The position numbers and the translations under genes are program-made. Below the pieces are notes generated by a model. That model did not search any database. It saw only the letters and a list, made by a program, of their open reading frames with translations, and was not told the DNA's origin. Positions 1 through 6,866 of a DNA stretch of 32,000 nt are shown here, one piece after another; position 1 is the first letter of the stretch, and each line of letters starts with the position of its first letter. The stretch comes from Candidatus Electrothrix yaqonensis (lineage in GTDB: Bacteria; Desulfobacterota; Desulfobulbia; Desulfobulbales; Desulfobulbaceae): the NCBI GenBank assembly GCA_047651235.1, contig CP178758.1, forward strand, positions 210,001 through 242,000, in the 5' to 3' direction.

Positions 1-548
1 TTACAGTGCATCTGGTCATTGCCAATGTCCAGCTCTCCGGCGAAAGCGGTATCGATCTGCTGTTTTCTGTCCGTCGATGGCATGCTGAAACTCATGTGAT
101 ACTGTACAGCAGCGAGCTTTCAGAGGAAATCAGGCGGTCTGCGTATCATGGAGGGGTTGCCGCGATTATCGGCTATCCGTTCAGGGTGGAAGAGCTGCTC
201 CGGGCAGTGGCAGGTGTCTTTGCCAAGGAAGCCGGAGATTCCACCTTTCTGGATACAATTCCTCTTGCGGATCTGCTGCAGCTCATTGGTATGGGGCACC
301 ATTCCACGGATGTTATTGTAATCAACGCCAAGAGAGAGCGGGGAGTGATCCGGATCCGGCAGGGCAATCTTGTCGAAGCCGAGGCTGTTGGACTGCAGGG
401 AGTGAATGCGGTCACGGAAATGCTTTCCTGGGAATCCCCGACCATCAAAACCTGCAGAAGCGGTCATTTCACCACCCTGTCCGGCAATCAGGTCTCTCTG
501 CATGATGCATTGATTCTGGCTGTGGCCCGGCTGGATGAAAAGGCATGA
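1..548 (+). CDS. Response-regulator-like protein, 5'-truncated by the window edge: C-terminal part of an atypical receiver domain followed by a DUF4388-like domain
   Basis: The frame is open from the window edge to TGA at 546-548 (ORF track 6..548; GTG at 6 is probably not the true start). 'HLVIANVQLSGESGIDLL...THVILYSS...IIGYPF' aligns by eye with receiver beta3-beta5. 'IPLADLLQLIGMGHHSTDVIVINAKRERGVIRIRQGNLVEAEAVGLQGVNAVTEMLSW' matches the DUF4388 pattern as I remember it. Confidence 0.6.
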   Translation, partial: TVHLVIANVQLSGESGIDLLFSVRRWHAETHVILYSSELSEEIRRSAYHGGVAAIIGYPFRVEELLRAVAGVFAKEAGDSTFLDTIPLADLLQLIGMGHHSTDVIVINAKRERGVIRIRQGNLVEAEAVGLQGVNAVTEMLSWESPTIKTCRSGHFTTLSGNQVSLHDALILAVARLDEKA

Positions 549-550
549 TA

Positions 551-591
551 CGGGCAGCAGGTCCTGTTGTCGGGAAATCTCCTGCCGCCCG
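551..591. terminator. Candidate stem-loop between convergent genes (possible bidirectional terminator)
   Basis: CGGGCAGCAGG (551-561) pairs with CCTGCCGCCCG (581-591), 11 bp with one mismatch and a 19-nt loop. It sits between the stop at 548 (+) and the stop at 609 (-). There is no clean U-tract. Confidence 0.3.
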
Positions 592-608
592 CCTGATTTC
601 CTGCCGCG

Positions 609-992
609 CTATTTCTTTGTTCCCTTTTTTTCAGGCGTCCCACCTGCAGTCTTTGCTGCAGCCTGTGTGTCCTTTGCTGTTTTCTCTTTTGTTTTTTCTT
701 TTCCACGGACTGCAGCTCCAGCGGCGGGTTTACCCACGACTCCCCCGACTGTGATCTCGTCTTTGAGCCGTTCAATGATTTTTTGACCGATACCGTATAC
801 ATTCTGCAGGTCACTGATATCTCTAAACTGCCCTTTCTCTTTCCGATATTTAATGATCGCCTGGGCTTTTACTGTGCCGATTCCGGGCAATGATTTCAGT
901 TCCGATTCACTGGCGGTATTGATGTTCACCGCTGCAAATGCTGCGGCTGCGAAAAACAAAACAAAAAACAGGGAAAGATAGAATGTCTTCAC
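609..992 (-). CDS. comEA: ComEA-like helix-hairpin-helix DNA-binding protein with signal peptide and Lys/Ala/Gly-rich C-terminal tail
   Basis: GTG start at 992 with GGAGGA 7 nt upstream. N-terminal signal 'MKTFYLSLFFVLFFAAAAFAA'. 'VNINTASESELKSLPGIGTVKAQAIIKYRKEKGQFRDISDLQNVYGIGQKIIERL' is the classic ComEA tandem HhH signature. Confidence 0.8.
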   Translation of the reverse strand: MKTFYLSLFFVLFFAAAAFAAVNINTASESELKSLPGIGTVKAQAIIKYRKEKGQFRDISDLQNVYGIGQKIIERLKDEITVGGVVGKPAAGAAVRGKEKTKEKTAKDTQAAAKTAGGTPEKKGTKK

Positions 993-1169
993 GGGTGATT
1001 CCTCCAGAGTGGTAAAAAAAGGGGGATGCAGCCTGCCTGAGCAGGTACTCTTTTTATCAGGAAGATAAATCTATTCCAGCATTCTGTTTTTTGTCAATAA
1101 AAAAAGAAAATATTTGATAATTCCATCTCTGATTCTTCAACAAATGTCATGCTGCTATTTGTTCTCCGG

Positions 1170-1198
1170 TTGACACGTATCCCAGAGCCAGATAGTAT
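1170..1198 (+). promoter_or_regulatory. Candidate sigma70-type promoter for the corrinoid/methyltransferase/kinase operon
   Basis: TTGACA (1170-1175), 17-nt spacer, TAGTAT (1193-1198). This leaves a leader of about 125 nt before the ATG at 1331. Confidence 0.4.
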
Positions 1199-1330
1199 AC
1201 TTATTGATTCCACTGTCCTGCTGCGCTCAGTTTTCTTTCTGCTTCGGGAAGGTTGCCGGGAACCGAAAAAGCTGCAGGACAACGTTTCCGGCATATTCCC
1301 GTATTGCTCTTTCTATCGGCACAAATACTC

Positions 1331-2002
1331 ATGGACGCAACGGACCAGAATGTTCAGCAGGACGTTCAGCAGAATATTCAGGATTTCATTGAAATCCTGC
1401 TGAAAACGGATCAGGTGGGGGCAGAACAGCTGTTTCATCAGGTGCAGGAGCAAAGTTCCTCCTTCCGGACTGTAGACAGGCTCATTGTTCCGGCGCTGGA
1501 AAAAATCGGCAGAGAATGGGAACAGGGTTCCGTTGCCTTGGCTCAGGTCTATATGAGCAGCAAAATCTGTGAAGAGCTGATGGCCCGCTTTCTCCCTGCG
1601 GTCGGGCCGGAATACGTTAAACACCCCCGCATTGCCATTGCCCTGCTGGAAGATTATCATGCGCTGGGAAAAATGATCATCTCCACCGCCCTGCGTGCTC
1701 ACGGCTACAGGGTGCAGGACTACGGTCGTCTGACCGCCGGAGAAATCGCGCAGCGGGTCTGTGACGAGGGTGTCGATATCATCCTTATTTCCGCCCTGAT
1801 GCTCCGCTCAGCCCTGCAGATCAAAGAGGTACGGCGGCGGCTGGATGAATCCGGTTCTTCGGCCCGCCTCATTGTCGGCGGTGCGCCGTTCCGCTTTGAT
1901 CCTCTGCTCTGGCAGGAAGTGGGCGCCGACGCCACAGGCGCAAATGCCGCTGAAGCCCTTGCTGCTGTGGCCGCGTGTCTGAACACGGAGGAAAGAATAT
2001 GA
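1331..2002 (+). CDS. Corrinoid (cobalamin-binding) protein, MtaC/MtbC-like
   Basis: B12-binding DxHxxG motif 'EDYHALG', followed by a Rossmann-like region 'ISTALRAHGYRVQDYGRLTAGEIAQRVCDEGVDIILISALM...LIVGGAPF'. An N-terminal helical cap is present. I chose the ATG at 1331 (MDATDQ...) over the ORF-track start at 1253 on expected length; no SD is visible. Confidence 0.8.
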   Translation: MDATDQNVQQDVQQNIQDFIEILLKTDQVGAEQLFHQVQEQSSSFRTVDRLIVPALEKIGREWEQGSVALAQVYMSSKICEELMARFLPAVGPEYVKHPRIAIALLEDYHALGKMIISTALRAHGYRVQDYGRLTAGEIAQRVCDEGVDIILISALMLRSALQIKEVRRRLDESGSSARLIVGGAPFRFDPLLWQEVGADATGANAAEALAAVAACLNTEERI

Positions 2003-3078
2003 CAATCCGAGACAACACGGCGGAAATGACCCCGATGGAGCGAGTTCTGACGGCGATGAGCCATCAGGAGGCGGACCGGGTTCCCTTTTTTCTGCTCCTC
2101 ACCATGCATGGAGCCAGAGAGCTAGGCCTGAGTATCCGGGAATATTTTTCCAGAGCCGAATATGTGGTGGAGGGGCAGCTGCGCATGCTGAAAAAATATC
2201 GCCACGACTGCCTCAATCCTTTCTGTTATGCTGCGATGGAGGCAGAAGCGTTCGGCGGAGAGGTCATCTGGTTTGAGGACGGGCCGCCCAACAGCGGCGA
2301 ACCGATTATCCGGACGGAGCAGGACATTCTCTCTCTGCAGGTTCCGGACATACCCGGCACACCCTGTCTTGCCCGGATGCTGGATATTATCCGGACCTTG
2401 AAACAGGAGGTCGGAGATACGGTACCGCTAATGGGCGTGGTTGTCTCGCCCTTTTCTCTGCCGGTCATGCAGATGGGTTTTCCCGCCTACATCGAGCTGA
2501 TGTATGAACAGCCCGATCTGTTCAACCGGCTCATGGCCGTGAATCAGGAATTTTGTATTGCCTGGGCTGAAGCTCAGATCCGGGCCGGAGTAGCTGCTGT
2601 CTGCTATTTTGACCCGCTCACCTCGCCCACTATAACTGCACCGGGCAAATATCTCACAACAGGATTCCGGATAGCACGGCAGACCCTGGCCCGGATCAAC
2701 ACCGCAACCGGAATCCATATGGCCTCCGGCTGCACCCTGCCTGTGATTGAGGAAATTGTCGCCACCGGAGCATCGGTGGTCGGGATCAGTGTCAAAGATG
2801 ATCTGAAAAAGGTCAAAGCGGCATGTAAAGACAGACTGACCGTTCTGGGCAATCTGAACGGCGTTGAGATGCGGCGCTGGACAGCTGAACAGGCGGAGCA
2901 GAAAGTAAAGGAGGCGATCAGTACTGCCGGGTCGGGTGGCGGCTTTATTCTTGCTGATAATCACGGCGAAATCCCCTGGCAGGTCGGCGAAGATGTGCTG
3001 CTGGCAATCTCGGAAGCCGTGCACAGATGGGGCCGCTATCCTCTGCAGGTCTGTACAGAGGAACAGACCGAAAGATAA
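1999..3078 (+). CDS. Uroporphyrinogen-decarboxylase (URO-D) family methyltransferase, MtaA/CmuA-like (methylcorrinoid methyltransferase)
   Basis: ATG at 1999 overlaps the upstream stop (ATGA at 1999-2002), with GGAGG at 1987-1991. 'MTPMERVLTAMSHQEADRVPFF...AMEAEAFGGEV...' and a length of 359 aa fit the URO-D/MtaA family. Confidence 0.8.
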   Translation: MTIRDNTAEMTPMERVLTAMSHQEADRVPFFLLLTMHGARELGLSIREYFSRAEYVVEGQLRMLKKYRHDCLNPFCYAAMEAEAFGGEVIWFEDGPPNSGEPIIRTEQDILSLQVPDIPGTPCLARMLDIIRTLKQEVGDTVPLMGVVVSPFSLPVMQMGFPAYIELMYEQPDLFNRLMAVNQEFCIAWAEAQIRAGVAAVCYFDPLTSPTITAPGKYLTTGFRIARQTLARINTATGIHMASGCTLPVIEEIVATGASVVGISVKDDLKKVKAACKDRLTVLGNLNGVEMRRWTAEQAEQKVKEAISTAGSGGGFILADNHGEIPWQVGEDVLLAISEAVHRWGRYPLQVCTEEQTER

Positions 3079-3116
3079 TGGACCAATAACAGGCCAGAAA
3101 AACAGCTAAAAAGATT

Positions 3117-4982
3117 ATGCCGTTGAGAGTATATTTTTTCGTCTGTGAAAATCTGTATGCAGAAATGAAAGAGGTTGTCCAGTTCCGGAAGCTGACGGAG
3201 GTGGAGGTCAGGTCATTCCCGGCCCGTTGCGGCTCGCCACCGATGAACTGGACGGAACTTGCCGATATCGTGACGGAGACGGAAGAGTGCAGGATAGAAG
3301 TATTGGGCAGTTATTGTCTTGATCAACTGTGCCCGCCTCTGTCGTCCTGCTACCGGATCAACCGGCAGGAGCAGTGTTTTCATCTGCTCTGCGGCGCCTC
3401 CCTAGTCAATGCATTGCAGGAAAAAGGAGCCCAGTTGCTCACCCCCGGCTGGCTCTCCCGCTGGGAGCACTATATCAAAGAGAAATGGGGTTTTGACCGG
3501 TCAACAGCACAACAGTTCTTTGGGGAGTCTGTAAAGAACCTGATTCTGCTGGATACCGGCACGGATGCCAGGGCAGCAGATCATTTTGCCGCTTTGCAGG
3601 AGTTTCTTTCCCTGCCCGGAGAGATACTTCCGGTCGGGCTTGATTTTCTCGGTCTCCTGGCTGCCCGTACCGTGGAGCAGTACCAGCTGAAGCAGACCGG
3701 ACAGGAGGCGGAAAAAAGCGGGCGCCGGGCCGCTGACGCAGCAATGACCCTGGATCTGATCGGGATGGTGACCAGGGCCAAATCCCGCCCTGAAGTGGTT
3801 GCCGCCATTACTGACCTGTTTACCATGCTCTTTGCCCCGGAAAAAGTGCACTTTCTGCCGGTCAATGCAGCAGCAGGGATACAGTTTGATCAGGCAACCG
3901 GACTGAACGAGGAGGAGCGCCTGCAGGCAACTCAGCTGTATACCCGTCCGGATAAACGTTTTATTCTGAACGAAGCGCAGGACAGTTTTTTCCTCCGTAT
4001 AGGCAGAGGGGACACAATATCCGCGCTGATTTATGTTGTCCGAGTCGCTTTTCCTCAATATATTGATTCGTATCTCAATGCTGCTCTGACAGTGTCCGAG
4101 GTCTGTGCCCTGTCCATCGAGCATGTGCAGGCCTTAAAAAAACTGTTTGATGCTTCGCGTCTTGCCGGGAAAGCCGAAGTCGCTACCGAGGTTCTGCATA
4201 ATGTGGGCAACACGCTGAACAGTATTTCTGTTTCTTCGGAGTACATCCGGGAAATGGTGCATGCAAGCAGCAGTACCTCTCTGTCTGATGTTGTCCGGCT
4301 GATACAGGAACATGAGCATGATAGAGAGCATTTTTGCACCCATGACCCCAGAGGGAAAAAACTGCCTTTCTATTTTGCCCGGCTTGCGGAAAAATTACAC
4401 GATGAACGGCAACGCCTGCTTGCCGAAACAACACGTCAGCTGCATCACATACAGCGTCTTGTTGAAATCATCCGTGTTCAGCAGGATGAGGTCAGACATG
4501 CCGACTTTACCGAACAGCTTGAACTGAGTTCCATCATTGAAGAAAGCCTAGAGCTGTACCGGAAGCGTCTGGCAGACCGGCAGATCACGGTAGAACGAAA
4601 TTACACGTTTCAGCAGAGCATGCACGGTGAACCGCATAAAATACTGCAGGTCGTGAACAATCTTATCATTAATGCGGTTGATGCATTTGACGGCACAGCA
4701 GTTGAGCAGAAAAAAATTTTCCTGAATACATATCCTGTTGACAGCAACGAAGTTGTTCTGGAAATTTCCGATAACGGAAAGGGACTGCCGGAGAACGCAT
4801 TGCAGCAGATTTTCAGCTTCGGGTTTACCACCAAGGAAAACGGACACGGTTTCGGCCTGCATAATGCGGTCAATCTTGTCATTGAAATGGGCGGCAGTCT
4901 GACTGCGGAAAGTTCCGGCCCGGATCAGGGGGCAACGTTCAGAATGCGGCTGCCCGTAACAGCAGCGGAGAAAACAGAGTGA
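3117..4982 (+). CDS. Cytoplasmic sensor histidine kinase: DUF1638-like N-terminal domain + GAF-like domain + HisKA/HATPase
   Basis: No TM segment. The N-terminal ~180 aa ('VYFFVCENLYAEM...CFHLLCGASLVNALQEKGAQLLTPGWLSRWEHYI...LILLDTG') resemble DUF1638 as I remember it. H-box 'EVLHNVGNTLNSI', N-box 'NNLIINAVDA', G1 'DNGKGL', G2 'GHGFGLH'. Confidence 0.75.
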   Translation: MPLRVYFFVCENLYAEMKEVVQFRKLTEVEVRSFPARCGSPPMNWTELADIVTETEECRIEVLGSYCLDQLCPPLSSCYRINRQEQCFHLLCGASLVNALQEKGAQLLTPGWLSRWEHYIKEKWGFDRSTAQQFFGESVKNLILLDTGTDARAADHFAALQEFLSLPGEILPVGLDFLGLLAARTVEQYQLKQTGQEAEKSGRRAADAAMTLDLIGMVTRAKSRPEVVAAITDLFTMLFAPEKVHFLPVNAAAGIQFDQATGLNEEERLQATQLYTRPDKRFILNEAQDSFFLRIGRGDTISALIYVVRVAFPQYIDSYLNAALTVSEVCALSIEHVQALKKLFDASRLAGKAEVATEVLHNVGNTLNSISVSSEYIREMVHASSSTSLSDVVRLIQEHEHDREHFCTHDPRGKKLPFYFARLAEKLHDERQRLLAETTRQLHHIQRLVEIIRVQQDEVRHADFTEQLELSSIIEESLELYRKRLADRQITVERNYTFQQSMHGEPHKILQVVNNLIINAVDAFDGTAVEQKKIFLNTYPVDSNEVVLEISDNGKGLPENALQQIFSFGFTTKENGHGFGLHNAVNLVIEMGGSLTAESSGPDQGATFRMRLPVTAAEKTE

Positions 4983-4989
4983 CAGCAAT

Positions 4990-6804
4990 ATGACAGCAAT
5001 AGCACAGGGAATCCGGCGGGTTCTGGTCATTGACGACAACCCGGAGATTCACAATGACATCAAGACAATCCTGCAGCCAGCTGCGGCACATGACGACTTT
5101 GACGATCTGCTTGCCGATATTACCGGCAAAGATGCCCCGCCCCGGAATCAGCTCAATCATCCCTTAATTCAGGTGGACTCGGCCTTTCAGGGAGATGACG
5201 GCATAAGATTGGTCCGGCAGGCCAGGCTGGAGGAGCGGCCGTATGCCCTTGCCTACGTTGACATGCGGATACCTCCCGGTCTTGACGGTCTGCAGACCAT
5301 CAAAGAACTGCAGAAAGAAGATGACCGCCTGCAGTATGTTATCATTACGGCCTATTCAGATTACTCCTGGCAGGAGATCAGTGATTCTCTCATCTCCAGA
5401 GACAATCTTCTGGTCATAAAAAAACCTTTTGAGTCCATAGAGATCCGGCAGTCGGCAAGCGCTCTGCTGGAAAAATGGCATATTGCCATGGAACGGGAGC
5501 AAATGCTTGCTGCTCTGGCCATGCAGCGCGACCTGCTGGAGGAAAAGGTCCGCGAACGGACAAAGGAGCTGGACCGGAAGAACAGGCTGCTGCGCCGGGA
5601 AGTGGAAGTACGCAGAAAGGCGGAGGAGCAGTTACGGCAGCACCGGGACAGACTGGAAGACGAGGTTGCCCGCCGGAGCGCAGAGCTTGTAGCCCGGAAT
5701 CAGCTGCTCACCACGGTGATCAACTCGCTTTCCTATCCCTTTCTGGTTGTTGATATTGCAGATTACAGCGTCAGCCTTGCCAACCGGGTGACATATGAAG
5801 CAGCAGGCGCACCGCCTGAGGGAGGCAGATGCTATGAGTATCTCCATGGGCTGCAGCAGCCCTGCCATGAGCACGGCCTGCCCTGCCCGCTGGAACATAT
5901 CCGCAGCAGCGGTGAGGCTCCGGTGCTTGAACATACGTACAGGGACAGAAACGGCAAGGAGCAGATCCTGGAGATACACACCTATCCGGTGCAGGAACAG
6001 GACGGGAAAAGCAGGCGGACGATTGAGTACTGTCCTGATGTTACCCGTCGGAAAAAGCTGGAAGCGGCTCTGATCAAAAACAGCAGGATAGAGCTGGTTG
6101 CCTCCTTGGCTGGCGGCATAGCGCATGATTTCAATAATCTGCTGATGGCGATTGTCGGAAATATTGAACTTGCAGCAATGAACGTGCCGGAAAACCACGC
6201 AGCCTTTCCGTTTCTGCGCTATGCAAGCGATGCCTCTGCCCAGGCAAAGGAACTGACGCATAAATTTCTTCTGTTTTCCAAGATTGATCCGCCGGTCTGT
6301 CAGGCTGTTCCTCCTGTTGATCTCATAACGGCCAGCTGTCGGGCAGCTCTGGCGGATTCCGACATTGTTCCTGAATTTCATTTTCCGCCGGACCTGCATC
6401 TTGGCTACATGGATCCGGGGCAGATCGATCTGGCTCTGCGTGAACTGCTGAAAAATGCCTTGGAATCTATGGATAATACCGGAAGAATTATTGTCTCTGG
6501 TGAAAATACGTATCGTTCCGACAAGATACATCATGAGGATGAAACAGGTGAAAAAGGAGAGTACATCAGGATAACGGTGCAGGATGAAGGATGCGGTATC
6601 CGGCAGGAAGATTTGGCCCATGTCTTTGATCCGTATTTTTCCCGCAAGAGCAGAGGAAACGGCAAGGGAATGGGGCTCGGACTCACCATTGCCGCCTCAA
6701 TTGTCCAGCAGCATCAGGGCTATATAGATATAGATTCAACTCCGGATAAAGGCACGGCCGTATATATCGAGCTCCCGGCAGCAACTGAAAGTGAACAGAC
6801 TTGA
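4990..6804 (+). CDS. Hybrid signalling protein: N-terminal receiver + coiled coil + Cys-rich PAS + HisKA/HATPase
   Basis: REC: 'VLVIDDNPE', 'YVDMRIPPGLDG', 'IITAYSD', 'IKKPF'. A coiled coil follows ('LLEEKVRERTKELDRKNRLLRREVEVRRKAEEQLRQHRDRLEDEV'), then a PAS domain. H-box 'GIAHDFNNLLMAIVGNIEL', N-box 'LLKNALESM', G1 'DEGCGI', G2 'GMGLGL'. Confidence 0.85.
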   Translation: MTAIAQGIRRVLVIDDNPEIHNDIKTILQPAAAHDDFDDLLADITGKDAPPRNQLNHPLIQVDSAFQGDDGIRLVRQARLEERPYALAYVDMRIPPGLDGLQTIKELQKEDDRLQYVIITAYSDYSWQEISDSLISRDNLLVIKKPFESIEIRQSASALLEKWHIAMEREQMLAALAMQRDLLEEKVRERTKELDRKNRLLRREVEVRRKAEEQLRQHRDRLEDEVARRSAELVARNQLLTTVINSLSYPFLVVDIADYSVSLANRVTYEAAGAPPEGGRCYEYLHGLQQPCHEHGLPCPLEHIRSSGEAPVLEHTYRDRNGKEQILEIHTYPVQEQDGKSRRTIEYCPDVTRRKKLEAALIKNSRIELVASLAGGIAHDFNNLLMAIVGNIELAAMNVPENHAAFPFLRYASDASAQAKELTHKFLLFSKIDPPVCQAVPPVDLITASCRAALADSDIVPEFHFPPDLHLGYMDPGQIDLALRELLKNALESMDNTGRIIVSGENTYRSDKIHHEDETGEKGEYIRITVQDEGCGIRQEDLAHVFDPYFSRKSRGNGKGMGLGLTIAASIVQQHQGYIDIDSTPDKGTAVYIELPAATESEQT

Positions 6805-6866
6805 TGAACAGACCGGAACGGCCTGAGCAGAGCATCGCCATGCTCATCATGTCCAGCTTATCATGC

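Noticed and set aside
1199-1330. Possible cobalamin riboswitch in the ~125-nt leader of the corrinoid operon
   Set aside because: I looked for the B12-box and conserved core and did not find them. The leader is shorter than typical cobalamin riboswitches. Only a modest hairpin is visible: CCGGGAAC pairing with GTTTCCGG within about 1256-1291. A covariance-model scan (Rfam RF00174) would settle it.
5632-6621. 329-aa minus-strand ORF inside the REC-PAS-kinase gene
   Set aside because: It is an antisense shadow with a low-information sequence. The plus frame has the H, N and G boxes.
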